Positions 1 to 9,074 of a stretch of DNA of 64,000 nucleotides are shown piece by piece. The notes below the pieces were generated by a model. That model did no database searches. It was given only the letters and a program-made list of their open reading frames with translations, and was not told the origin of the DNA. The position numbers and the translations under genes are program-made. Location of the stretch: the IMG/VR virus record IMGVR_UViG_3300044733_004754; one strand, 5' to 3'. Every line of letters begins with the position of its first letter. Positions within the stretch are counted from its first letter, which is position 1. Source of the stretch: a virus.

Positions 1-1
1 A

Positions 2-220
2 GTTAAGTCCCTAAAAGATTTTCAACGAGATGTAGAGAGATTAGCTTTTGAAAAACGTATCGATTTCATGGAAGCCGTCCTGCTTTATTGTGAGCAGACA
101 GGTATGGAAATTGAGACAGCTGGTAGTTTGATTAAGTCGAGTGCAAAAATGAAAGCTCGGATTCAAGATGAAGCCGAGGCACTCAACTACTTCCCTAAAA
201 CAACAAAGCTGCCTTTGTGA
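2..220 (+). CDS. gp33: Late transcription co-activator gp33 (5'-truncated by window edge)
   Basis: Hand translation of frame 2: ...FQRDVERLAFEKRIDFMEAVLLYCEQTGMEIETAGSLIKSSAKMKARIQDEAEALNYFPKTTKLPL*. This is a typical gp33 C-terminus and lies directly upstream of gp59-gp32. Confidence 0.85.
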   Translation, partial: VKSLKDFQRDVERLAFEKRIDFMEAVLLYCEQTGMEIETAGSLIKSSAKMKARIQDEAEALNYFPKTTKLPL

Positions 221-822
221 TGTTTGCGCTACGGATGGACGCGTTCGAAGCATATAAACGCTACCTTGCTCTGAAAAGTCATTTTACCACCGATCGGTAT
301 GACTTCTTCAAGTACAACGGTGCAGTGAAGGCTCAACGTGATAAGTTTGAAACACGTAACGACAAGTACTTTTTTCATAAACTATCAAAACACAAAGATC
401 TAACTAACTTTTTAGTAGCTTTGTTTGTTTATGGTAAACATGATATGTGGATTGGTGATGTCCTTCGTAATGAAGAATCTGATAAGATGTATCGTGAGTG
501 GTTACGTGTGAAGGAATCATTGACATATGTTTTTAAAAATGATATTGAGAAGTTTAATGAGGATCTTATAAGCAGTTTTGTGGTGACCGATGGTCAACAT
601 CCCCACGCTCTTAAACTTTTACTGCGAAAAGAAATTCACATTGAAACATTTATTATTATGAACGACATCCTTAGGTTCAGTCCTATGTGGAACCGCGAGA
701 TTAAAGAACAGGCTGTGTGGCCTGATGTGAGGAAGAAGTGTAAGAAGTATTTTCCTTTCATGCAATATGACAAAGACCAACTCAAAAAAGTTGTTGTTGA
801 CCGTTTTAATGTTAGTCTGTAA
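220..822 (+). CDS. gp59: Helicase loader gp59
   Basis: AYKRYLALKSHFTTDRYDFFKYNG...FETRNDKYFF motif; gp33-gp59-gp32 synteny. Start is at 220 (TGATG overlap) or 235. Confidence 0.88.
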   Translation: MFALRMDAFEAYKRYLALKSHFTTDRYDFFKYNGAVKAQRDKFETRNDKYFFHKLSKHKDLTNFLVALFVYGKHDMWIGDVLRNEESDKMYREWLRVKESLTYVFKNDIEKFNEDLISSFVVTDGQHPHALKLLLRKEIHIETFIIMNDILRFSPMWNREIKEQAVWPDVRKKCKKYFPFMQYDKDQLKKVVVDRFNVSL

Positions 823-894
823 GATAAATATCTGTATCGTTATGATACTGTGGACACGCAAATACAAATCACACTTTTATACAAGGAAATACAC

Positions 895-1803
895 ATGACA
901 ATCGATTTCAAAGCCCTCAAAAAAGCTAGCGCCACCTCTCTGCAAACGGCTCAGAGCGCTGTTGAAAAGCTAGCAACTCCCTCAACCAAGCCTCAAGACG
1001 ACGATCGTTTTTGGCGACCCACTGTGGACAAAGCTGGTAATGGTTACGCTGTTATTCGTTTCCTTCCTGCGCCTGCTGGTGAGGACGTTCCGTTTGTTCG
1101 ACTGTTCGATCACGCGTTCCAAGGTCCTGGTGGTTGGTTGATTGATGGGTGTCTCACCACCATTAACGAGAAATGCCCAGTGTGCGAGCACAATAGTGCT
1201 TTGTGGGCAACTGGTTCGAAAGAGAACCAAGACTCTGTACGTAAACAGAAGCGCAAGTTGTCCTTTATCAGCAACATCTATGTTGTGAAAGATCCTTCCA
1301 ATCCCGAAAACGAAGGGCGTGTCTTCTTGTTTAAGTATGGCAAGAAGATCTTTGATAAACTTAATGCAGCAATGAATCCTGAATTTGAGGATGAAGATTC
1401 AGTTAATCCGTTTGATTTCTGGACGGGTGCTAACTTCAAGCTCAAAATTCGTAAAGTTGAAGGCTATCAGAATTACGACAAGTCTGAGTTTGATACTCCG
1501 GAGCCTCTTTTGTCTGATGATGATGAGCTCGAGGCTATTTGGAAGCGTGAATACTCTTTGCAGCCGTTCCTGGATAAGTCAAACTATAAGTCGTATGACG
1601 ATATCAAGAATCGTCTGAATAAAGTATTGTCGCTTGCTATGGCACCTGCAGCTAAGTCTAATGCTTTTGAAGATGAAGCACCTGTTATGCGTGCAGCAGC
1701 TCCGAAACCTGCTCCTACGAAAGCTCCGAAGGCGGACTTGCCATGGGACGAACAGGAAGATGAAGACATGCTCCTATTCCAGAAGCTGGCTAGTGACGAC
1801 TAA
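895..1803 (+). CDS. gp32: Single-stranded DNA-binding protein gp32
   Basis: DDRFWRP..DKAGNGYAVIRFLPAP, CPVCE, FKYGKKIFDK and NYDKSEF motifs; acidic C-terminal tail; AAGGA RBS before ATG 895. Confidence 0.95.
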   Translation: MTIDFKALKKASATSLQTAQSAVEKLATPSTKPQDDDRFWRPTVDKAGNGYAVIRFLPAPAGEDVPFVRLFDHAFQGPGGWLIDGCLTTINEKCPVCEHNSALWATGSKENQDSVRKQKRKLSFISNIYVVKDPSNPENEGRVFLFKYGKKIFDKLNAAMNPEFEDEDSVNPFDFWTGANFKLKIRKVEGYQNYDKSEFDTPEPLLSDDDELEAIWKREYSLQPFLDKSNYKSYDDIKNRLNKVLSLAMAPAAKSNAFEDEAPVMRAAAPKPAPTKAPKADLPWDEQEDEDMLLFQKLASDD

Positions 1804-4688
1804 GCACCAACTGCACCTATAAACTCAGCGCGCCCTTGCGGTCCATTAGAGGCTGCAAGGGCTTGCGTTGTATTATGTGCAACGATAATTGTTGGTGAAA
1901 CTGTTGTTTTTTGTTTTGCAGCGTTAACAGCTGTCGATGCTTGTGCAAGCTGTGTTCCGGTTTCATTTTGTTGAGGTACGATTGTGTTCATGCTAATATC
2001 CGTACCTGATTTAATCATACTAACGATTTTTGGTGCACGTCTGCCGACTTGTTTGTACCAATCACTGTCTATCATTTCAACAGAAGCTGTATCGAAATCG
2101 CCAGCTTTCAAAGCTGCTGTCGCTTTTGGAAATTTAATATACCAGTTGTTTCCCATATTGAAAGCCAAGTCAATAAGAGCAGCACGGCCTGTTTGATTAG
2201 CTTTATCATATCCAGGTCCTCGCACTGCACCTGCCTTATGCTTGAGGTAGTCTTTGGCAAATAGAGCCATAACCTCATCATCAGAAAATTGTCTGTTCCA
2301 TTGGGGAGGAAGGCTTCTACCATCACCAATAAGATGACCAACACCTATCGTCCATAGTCCTTGGCTGTCCTTATAGGGTGTATTCCTTACCCCTTCGTGA
2401 TCCATAATCATTGCCATTATAGGTTTGTCGTCTGACGTTATTCCAGACAATGGAGCAAGATTGATCGGCGAAGGAGGATTGACGGGTGGTGTGTAATACT
2501 CGTCAGGTGGCTGAGTGTTAATTAATTGTTGTTGTTGCTGGCTTCTTCGCTGAGCTCTTCGCTCACGAGCTGTTGGCGCATTGACGTTAATGGAAGACTG
2601 CTTCAACCAGCTAGCAAATCCAATCTTTTTAATGAGTTCATAATCATTTTTCCATGATGAAAGGATTTCTTCTTTTGACTTATTCCACGAGTCCTTCATT
2701 TGTTGCTTCAACAATTCCCATTCTTCGTCAACGATTTTGACCACCTCGAGCCATCGAGGGCCACTGATCATTCCGCCCGGGTTTTCTGGGTCAATGTTGG
2801 GATCTACGCCAAAATGTTCTTCATATGTTTCAAGTCGTATACGTGGAAGAAGTGTGACAGCTGTCACACCAAACAACGTTGGGTCGAACGTTTCTCCTAT
2901 ACTGATTGCGGCTTGTGTAATCTGTCCTCTCACCAATTCCCAAGCAGCAAAACCTAAACCTACGGCAAGACCAATGAACGGTAGTTTCTTAGCTACAGCT
3001 GCACCAGCCGCCCTGGCAAGTTTATTTCGAGCAATGATACTAATGGCCTTTTTCGCTTCATTACCAATTGGAGCTACTACTCTTGTTTGCTGTACTGGTG
3101 GCGCTGTAATACGTGTAGGTTCTGGTGTAGGAGCCGCAGGTGGTGGTGTAAGAGGTTTTGGAGGTTCAGGTGATGGTGATGGTGTAGGTGTAGGCGTAGG
3201 AGGTTTTGGAGCTTCAGGTGCTGGCGTTATTCGTTTGCTTTCGGATTCTCTGACTGCTTGAGCTAAAGCAAGACGCCTAGCTTCACTTGCATACTCTGCG
3301 TTTACTCGTTTGTAGTCTGCGTCGTTTGCAATCCTTGCTTTCTCAGCTTCAACCTTTGCTCGTTCCGCATTCACTCTCTCTGCTTCTGTTGCAGCAGCTT
3401 TAAGTCTTTCATCAGCGAGTTTTTCTTGACGTCTTAATTCTGCAGATCTCTCTACATAGCTCTTATCAAAAGTATCTCTAAGTTTCCCAAATTCTTGTCT
3501 TTGTTTCTCGAGCGCATCAATCTCAATTTTTAGTTGAGCAGCGCGAGCTTCATTGGCCGTTGCAGCAGCTTTACTTACCTGCTCGGCTTTTGCCGTATCT
3601 GCGTTTAGACGAGCTCGTTGTGTTTCCACATCGGCTTGGGCAGCTTGAACTCTTGCGCGTTCCGTTTCAATATTACGGCGGTCAGCATCGACAGCAGCTC
3701 TTTCTGTCTGTAACCTCTTTTGTTCTGCTTCAACTTTTTGTTGTTCTGTTTTTATTCTTTTTTGTTCTTCAGCCTGTTGAGCAGCAACTTTTTTTCGTTG
3801 TTCTTCAATTGCATTTGCACGTGCTTCTGCTTCAGCTTTAAGTTTTTTGTATCTTTCTTCAGCAGCTGCCTTCTCGGCGGATAGTTTTCTTTGCTCGGCT
3901 TGTAATTTTCTTTGCTCAGCATCTAAAGCCGCTTGCCTACGAGCAATTTCACGATTTATTGCAGCCTGTCTTGCTGCTTGTTGTGCGGAAGGACCCCTTC
4001 CAACCCCAGCTTTGCCGCGAGCTCTACTCTCTTGTAGAACTCTATTTGATATTCTCCGTGCTTCTTGAGGTGATGCACCGTTCCTTAGAGCTCTATTGTA
4101 TGCACGTTGAGAGGCAGCTCGCGCACGTCTCTCTGTTTGAGCTGGGGTTGGACCACGACGTTGACCCGGTGGTTTGGGAACAGGTCTTCCACCAGGAGGT
4201 CTGCCAGGGGGTCTACGAGGAGGCCTACGTGGTGTTCTTTTTGGTGGACCTTTTGTTGGTTTTTTGCGACCAAGTAAGTTGAAAAAGTTATCGAAAAAGC
4301 CTCCAACATCGTCATTGTCTTCTTTTAATTGTTGATTAACTTTTTTAACCGACGATGGACTAATTTTTATTTTCTTCTTTTTCTTACGAAGATCATCTAT
4401 TTCTTTCAGAACCTTATCTGTCTCTTCTTGTAGTGTAACCTGTGCACCCATTGCCTGAGCAAGGATCTGTACATTTTTTGATATGAGGATGAAGTGTTTT
4501 TCTATGCTTGATAAAGATGCACGAGTTGTACGAAGTTGAGTTGTTACTTCCTCGATATACTCAACGCGTTTCTTTGTTCTTTCTGCGCGCTCTTTTTTTA
4601 AACGCGCTTCACGTAGCACGTCACCAAATGAACCAAGACTTTGTTCAAATTTTTCGCGGAGAGCCTCTTTCAATACGCTAGTTGCCAT
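1800..4688 (-). CDS. Tape-measure/baseplate-hub-like protein with C-terminal T4-type (GH24) lysozyme domain
   Basis: Long Ala/Glu/Arg coiled coil and Pro-rich linkers. C-terminal HEGVRNTPYKDSQGLWTIGVGH has the E-x8-D-x5-T spacing of T4 lysozyme, followed by ALIDLAFNMG and WYKQVGRRA. Lies downstream of gp26/gp51. Confidence 0.7.
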   Translation of the reverse strand: MATSVLKEALREKFEQSLGSFGDVLREARLKKERAERTKKRVEYIEEVTTQLRTTRASLSSIEKHFILISKNVQILAQAMGAQVTLQEETDKVLKEIDDLRKKKKKIKISPSSVKKVNQQLKEDNDDVGGFFDNFFNLLGRKKPTKGPPKRTPRRPPRRPPGRPPGGRPVPKPPGQRRGPTPAQTERRARAASQRAYNRALRNGASPQEARRISNRVLQESRARGKAGVGRGPSAQQAARQAAINREIARRQAALDAEQRKLQAEQRKLSAEKAAAEERYKKLKAEAEARANAIEEQRKKVAAQQAEEQKRIKTEQQKVEAEQKRLQTERAAVDADRRNIETERARVQAAQADVETQRARLNADTAKAEQVSKAAATANEARAAQLKIEIDALEKQRQEFGKLRDTFDKSYVERSAELRRQEKLADERLKAAATEAERVNAERAKVEAEKARIANDADYKRVNAEYASEARRLALAQAVRESESKRITPAPEAPKPPTPTPTPSPSPEPPKPLTPPPAAPTPEPTRITAPPVQQTRVVAPIGNEAKKAISIIARNKLARAAGAAVAKKLPFIGLAVGLGFAAWELVRGQITQAAISIGETFDPTLFGVTAVTLLPRIRLETYEEHFGVDPNIDPENPGGMISGPRWLEVVKIVDEEWELLKQQMKDSWNKSKEEILSSWKNDYELIKKIGFASWLKQSSINVNAPTARERRAQRRSQQQQQLINTQPPDEYYTPPVNPPSPINLAPLSGITSDDKPIMAMIMDHEGVRNTPYKDSQGLWTIGVGHLIGDGRSLPPQWNRQFSDDEVMALFAKDYLKHKAGAVRGPGYDKANQTGRAALIDLAFNMGNNWYIKFPKATAALKAGDFDTASVEMIDSDWYKQVGRRAPKIVSMIKSGTDISMNTIVPQQNETGTQLAQASTAVNAAKQKTTVSPTIIVAHNTTQALAASNGPQGRAEFIGAVGA

Positions 4689-4690
4689 TA

Positions 4691-6301
4691 TTAGCTCACC
4701 ATCATACTGCTCGGAGCAGAATCAAAAGTTGTTCCTTCATCGAGTGACCCTCTATCGGCTATTGGGGAAGGAATAGGTGCTGGATCACGTTGTTCGTTTA
4801 ATACTGATGCATCGGAAGACTGAATAACTTGTGGTGTTGGTACATCAGTACGTACCGCATTCACAAGATTATTTAACATCATTGTCATATTGGAGATAGT
4901 CGAACCCGTGTCAATGTTTTGAGGCTGTATTTGATTTACAGCTTGGTTAAACATATTCTGAAAGGTAGGAGGTGCTTCTAATGGAGCACTTACGGGTTGT
5001 CCTGAACCAAACAAACCAGACAAATTAGGTGGTAATGGTGATGTGTTTTCTTTAAAATCACCTCGATCCGATGATGTCGTCGATTGATTCATTAAATCAT
5101 TAAATGAACTCGAGGTAGAGCTAGACAACATCGGTTGTCGTTCTGGTCTTACTTCCGATGATTGTTGAGTGGTATACCTTTCCTCTTGCTGTGGCCGTAC
5201 CTGCTCTGGTGTAACAGGTGCAGCACCGCCGATATCATTCATCGGACTAGGCTGAGCCTGTATTGTATCGGATGTGTCCTCAAATGCTCTAACACCGAGT
5301 GTGTTATTTCTTATTGGTTGAGGTATGTCGATAGGTTGTGGTGATGGAGGTGTATATGGCTCACCATAAGTGGAAGGAGTGGCTGTTACAGCAACAGGAG
5401 GAGGTGTCGAAACAAGTGTTGGAGCAGGCGGTGGAGCTGATGGTATTTCTACAGGCTGCGGTCCAGGAGCTGTGCCCTGCATGTCTGTCGCGGCTTGACC
5501 TAGATCAACAGCGCCTTCTTGAGGTTCTAAAGTTGGTGGAGGGGGTGGCTCGTTTACTGGTGGAGATGGTGGGGTACCCATCATACTCGTTGCAGCATCA
5601 CCGTAATCTAACGAAATATCTTCCCCTTCTTCATCCCCACTGTATGTACTTACTAATCCTTGTTCGGTATTATATGATACGGATTCTGGCGCACCCTGCT
5701 CGTTGGCTGTTAACATAGCAGGTGTCAGAGCAGCTGTTGTTACTGCTACAGCACCTGTCGAGAGAGCAGCACTTGCTGCGCTGGCAAGTAAAAACTTACC
5801 AATATTCGCTAAACCACTTTTTATTATTGAACGTGTTTTGTTTGTGCCTCTTAGCAATGAGCCGAGAATGCCACCCTTCGTATCATCGGTACCTGTATCG
5901 GTGCCTCCAGCAGACGCCTTTTTTACTACTTCAGCTTCAACGGCTCTTTCTTCATTATCTTCTTCTTCAACAGCTGCCTTTTCCTTGGAAAGTCTTTCTT
6001 TTTGAAACTTGAGTGCGTCTTCCATGCGTGCTACGTGCTTTGACCACACAGCAGCTATGTTGAAAATATTATCGGAAATGTTAACAACAATTGGCTCTAT
6101 TCTAACAATTGTTGTGTTTATATTGGTTTGAACGTTTTGTTGCTCGGCTAAAGCGGAAGAAACAGGATCGTCTTCTTCTTTTTTAAGAACCCGCTTTGAT
6201 ATAGCTTGACCTATAGTACCTGAACCAAAAAATCCTGTTATGATTTTTTGCTTAGCGACTTTCTTTAGTTCAGCAGATATTTCTGACGCATACGAAGCCA
6301 T
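4691..6301 (-). CDS. Putative tape-measure/hub-associated protein (gp29-like position), Pro/Ser/Thr-rich
   Basis: 536-aa ORF coupled to gp51 by a TAATG overlap; helical N-terminus and low-complexity C-terminal half. Function inferred from position only. Confidence 0.45.
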   Translation of the reverse strand: MASYASEISAELKKVAKQKIITGFFGSGTIGQAISKRVLKKEEDDPVSSALAEQQNVQTNINTTIVRIEPIVVNISDNIFNIAAVWSKHVARMEDALKFQKERLSKEKAAVEEEDNEERAVEAEVVKKASAGGTDTGTDDTKGGILGSLLRGTNKTRSIIKSGLANIGKFLLASAASAALSTGAVAVTTAALTPAMLTANEQGAPESVSYNTEQGLVSTYSGDEEGEDISLDYGDAATSMMGTPPSPPVNEPPPPPTLEPQEGAVDLGQAATDMQGTAPGPQPVEIPSAPPPAPTLVSTPPPVAVTATPSTYGEPYTPPSPQPIDIPQPIRNNTLGVRAFEDTSDTIQAQPSPMNDIGGAAPVTPEQVRPQQEERYTTQQSSEVRPERQPMLSSSTSSSFNDLMNQSTTSSDRGDFKENTSPLPPNLSGLFGSGQPVSAPLEAPPTFQNMFNQAVNQIQPQNIDTGSTISNMTMMLNNLVNAVRTDVPTPQVIQSSDASVLNEQRDPAPIPSPIADRGSLDEGTTFDSAPSSMMVS

Positions 6302-6435
6302 TATTGTTGCTGGAGCCTTTGTTGTTCATTTTTCAGATGTTCTTTGAGCATATCACCATAAAGATCACGTTCAAATGGATAAAGGTTTTCAAGCTCGAGT
6401 ATCGAATATTTATGATGCTGAACCATCGCGAACAT
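6301..6435 (-). CDS. gp51: Baseplate hub assembly catalyst gp51-like (below ORF-track cutoff; probably also the C-terminal part of a gp26 frameshift product)
   Basis: Hand translation MFAMVQHHKYSILELENLYPFERDLYGDMLKEHLKNEQQRLQQQ*. QHHKYS..ELEN..P.ERD.Y is the gp51 signature. The frame stays open upstream (HIGLSHNSIANYYQF). Confidence 0.8.
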   Translation of the reverse strand: MFAMVQHHKYSILELENLYPFERDLYGDMLKEHLKNEQQRLQQQ

Positions 6436-6467
6436 AAACTGGTAGTAGTTCGCTATACTGTTGTGGC

Positions 6468-7178
6468 TCAGCCCAATGTGAAAAAATCAGTTAGTGTCCT
6501 AAGTACAATCTTAACAACCCGGCCCTTAGAGTTTGTGTACTGAATTTCATGTTGTATACGTGGCATTGCATCAATAAATTCTTGTATCTGCTGGTATGCA
6601 TTGACGGGTAATGATTCAACAAACTCAAATAACTCTTCTTTCGAATACGTACGAGGATCGTGTTCAACACCCTCAGCACAGATCTTATCAATACATGATT
6701 GGATAATGAAGAAATTGAAATCAACACCCTCGCTGATACTTTCCGCATCGTTAATCAGGTTCACCCTTGGATGACGAATTTTCAAAGACACCTGATCGCT
6801 GATACTAATCTCGTTACTAACTTCTTTTGGGTATGTGACTTCTACGCTTTCAAGATCAACCTCAACATCATAAAGCTGCTCATCTTCATTGTCACGGTAC
6901 GTTAATTTTATAACGTTCTGAACTGATTTTGATCTTAGTTTGATAAAAAAGTATTCAAGATCGTACGTGGTGAAATCATCAATATTGATACCCAAACTCA
7001 ATATGCAATTGGCAACCACCTGCTTCACTGCACGAAGAATATCGGTTTGTTCGCCACTTGCTTGGGCAATCAGAAGGATCTTTTCTTCTTTAACCAAAAA
7101 AGGTCTGTATTGTACAATCTGCTTTGTCGAAGGCAAAGTCAGCGTAAACGTTGGGTGCTGTATCACCGGTAAGCCCAT
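6468..7178 (-). CDS. gp26: Baseplate hub assembly protein gp26
   Basis: LP...PTF.LTLPS....YRPFLVKEEKILLIA, D.EY.F.KLRSKSV and L..L.DFF motifs; GGAG RBS before ATG 7178. Confidence 0.88.
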   Translation of the reverse strand: MGLPVIQHPTFTLTLPSTKQIVQYRPFLVKEEKILLIAQASGEQTDILRAVKQVVANCILSLGINIDDFTTYDLEYFFIKLRSKSVQNVIKLTYRDNEDEQLYDVEVDLESVEVTYPKEVSNEISISDQVSLKIRHPRVNLINDAESISEGVDFNFFIIQSCIDKICAEGVEHDPRTYSKEELFEFVESLPVNAYQQIQEFIDAMPRIQHEIQYTNSKGRVVKIVLRTLTDFFTLG

Positions 7179-7194
7179 AATCAACTCCTATTAT

Positions 7195-8043
7195 TTAACG
7201 AAATATACCAGATGCATTACTCAGCGTAGTTGAAGAAGCAAGAGCATCCTGAATACTGCGTGGCTTGCGAATTGTTCTAAGCGCTTGCACAGCTGTTGTA
7301 AGTTTAACCAGCTTTTGCAGTGTGCTGAGTTTGCCGATGTTTGTATTGCTACTACCTTGAAATGGCTGTTTAACGTTGAGTAGCTCGGCATGCATAAAAC
7401 AGAATGTGATCCCGAATTGCATGTAACCGTCGGTATCTTTCCATGAAAGTGACACGTCAGGAACAATTTTAGGAAATGCATTGTAAAGTCTATACTCTAA
7501 AATCTTATCGTTTTGCTCGTTGTATGTTGTTATATCGATATCAGCTTTGTAATTTTCCTTAAACTCAACTTCATATGGTGCAAGACCAGTTGCACTAGAT
7601 TGACGTGATGAATTTATTTGACCATCGCCGTTAACAATCCCGTGCATCCATCCATAGAAAAACTTGTAAATTTCACCAGCACCATCACCAATGAAATTAA
7701 GAGTAATGTCATTGAACTGCATTGAATATGGGACGTTTTCGGTCGGTCCAATACCAAATCTCTTTATACTGTCGTCTGTTTGGATGCTGATTGCTGGTAG
7801 CTGAGCACCTTCTGCAAATAGAGAAATCTTTTGAACAGTGGCCGTTGACTTTTCATCCCCTTGCATTATTTTTGGAAAGGGGATCATTACATCAAAAAGA
7901 TTTGTCCGACTGACGGACGAATTACGAATCTCTGTAAGGAAGCTGTTATATCGCCCCGTAGGCCCAGATTGCTTTTTTCCAAAAAGCGATTTGAGTGTTG
8001 CTAATGTACCAAGCGCGTTTAATCCCGTGTTCAGTAGACTCAT
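7195..8043 (-). CDS. gp54: Baseplate tail-tube initiator gp54 (gp19-like fold)
   Basis: SRTNLF.V, E...LPA, PY...FNDITLNF and Y.L.NAFP.....V.LSW tube-family motifs; lies between gp2 and gp26. Confidence 0.65.
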   Translation of the reverse strand: MSLLNTGLNALGTLATLKSLFGKKQSGPTGRYNSFLTEIRNSSVSRTNLFDVMIPFPKIMQGDEKSTATVQKISLFAEGAQLPAISIQTDDSIKRFGIGPTENVPYSMQFNDITLNFIGDGAGEIYKFFYGWMHGIVNGDGQINSSRQSSATGLAPYEVEFKENYKADIDITTYNEQNDKILEYRLYNAFPKIVPDVSLSWKDTDGYMQFGITFCFMHAELLNVKQPFQGSSNTNIGKLSTLQKLVKLTTAVQALRTIRKPRSIQDALASSTTLSNASGIFR

Positions 8044-8618
8044 TATTTTACCATATCCCTTGAATTACGCCAGACAGTCTCTTTTCTACGTTTTTGGAAT
8101 CTTTCAAGTGGTAGAAACAGAGCGGTGTTCCATTGTTCAGCAGGAATCCACAGGAATCTGCTTCTTACATGACTATTTAGATAGTGCTTGACGCATGGTT
8201 CAAAGTATTTGAACTTCGAAGACGAGCTTAGTATTTGATATGATATTTTTAGTTTGGTAGTATCGTCGTAGACCTTATTGTTTGCAAGATCGAGAAGGCT
8301 ATCCATTAAACGAGCTCTTAGAATATGTGGTAGGTAATGTAAGTTGAGTCCATAAAAACCACCATCTACTCGTTGGAACGGAAAAATTAGAGGGAACTTG
8401 TCATAATATGGTAGTTGATCCTTTGTTTTTGGATCATAATAAAACAAGTACATTCTACCTATTGCTATTCTTGAAACAAGGCGTGTATTACCATCAATCA
8501 GTTGTCTGGGATTACGAACGTTGGCAGCCTGTTCCTGCAACCAGTTCTGTGCATTTTGTTGCGTCTGCGCCGCGTTGGTGTTTCCTTGGAGAACACCATA
8601 AAATGTATTGGTTGCCAT
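8043..8618 (-). CDS. gp2: DNA end protector protein gp2
   Basis: GRMYLFYYDPKTKDQLPYYDKFPLIFP, GLNLHYLP, CVKHYL and LPLERF motifs. Confidence 0.92.
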   Translation of the reverse strand: MATNTFYGVLQGNTNAAQTQQNAQNWLQEQAANVRNPRQLIDGNTRLVSRIAIGRMYLFYYDPKTKDQLPYYDKFPLIFPFQRVDGGFYGLNLHYLPHILRARLMDSLLDLANNKVYDDTTKLKISYQILSSSSKFKYFEPCVKHYLNSHVRSRFLWIPAEQWNTALFLPLERFQKRRKETVWRNSRDMVK

Positions 8619-9061
8619 TATATCTGCTTAATTCCTAATTCGTGTTCCGTTAAGATCATAAACTTCCATTTTCTGTCTTCGCAATATGCTGTAGCAGCTT
8701 GCCATTTAGCACTGTTCACACCCCACGTATACACTTCTCTTAAGTATTGTTTGGTCTTTTTTTGTTGTGGAATAGGAGGCTTCACCTCCTTTGCAGGCTT
8801 TATTTCAACAACGATAGTTTCTTGATGGCCGTCTTTGTTTTTCTTTTTTATCTTAAAGTCAGGAAAGTATCTATGAATTTTATTATCGAGAGGAGAGCGG
8901 TAAGGTATTATTAACTCCTCACTGGACCATTCAATTATGTCCTTGTGAGCGTCTAAATACCTCATAAACTTTAACTCCCAACTACTTCGATAGACGATGT
9001 TAGAGGGATCGCCCCTGTATTTCGTGGGGTTAGTTGGTTTGAAAAGACCTTTATAGCTCAT
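8618..9061 (-). CDS. gp4: Head completion nuclease gp4 (TnsA-like PD-(D/E)xK)
   Basis: YKGLFKP.NP.KYRGD...IVYRSSWE, WSSEE..IPY.SP, HRYFPDF, VEIKP and N.AKW.AA motifs. Confidence 0.92.
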   Translation of the reverse strand: MSYKGLFKPTNPTKYRGDPSNIVYRSSWELKFMRYLDAHKDIIEWSSEELIIPYRSPLDNKIHRYFPDFKIKKKNKDGHQETIVVEIKPAKEVKPPIPQQKKTKQYLREVYTWGVNSAKWQAATAYCEDRKWKFMILTEHELGIKQI

Positions 9062-9066
9062 AGGAC

Positions 9067-9074
9067 TATTTATA
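9067..9074 (-). promoter_or_regulatory. T4-type late promoter TATAAATA for the gp4-gp2-gp54-gp26 operon
   Basis: Plus-strand TATTTATA at 9067-9074 is the exact consensus on the minus strand, 5 nt before the gp4 ATG. Confidence 0.8.

Noticed and set aside
823-894. T4-style gene 32 autoregulatory pseudoknot in the leader
   Set aside because: The leader is AT-rich with a GATAAATA near-promoter, but I could not find convincing paired stems by eye.
6304-6543. 79-aa + strand ORF in the gp26-tape-measure gap
   Set aside because: The gap is explained by the minus-strand gp51 frame.
8618-9061. TnsA-like nuclease as a mobile element or homing endonuclease
   Set aside because: It matches core head-completion gp4 in its normal position next to gp2.
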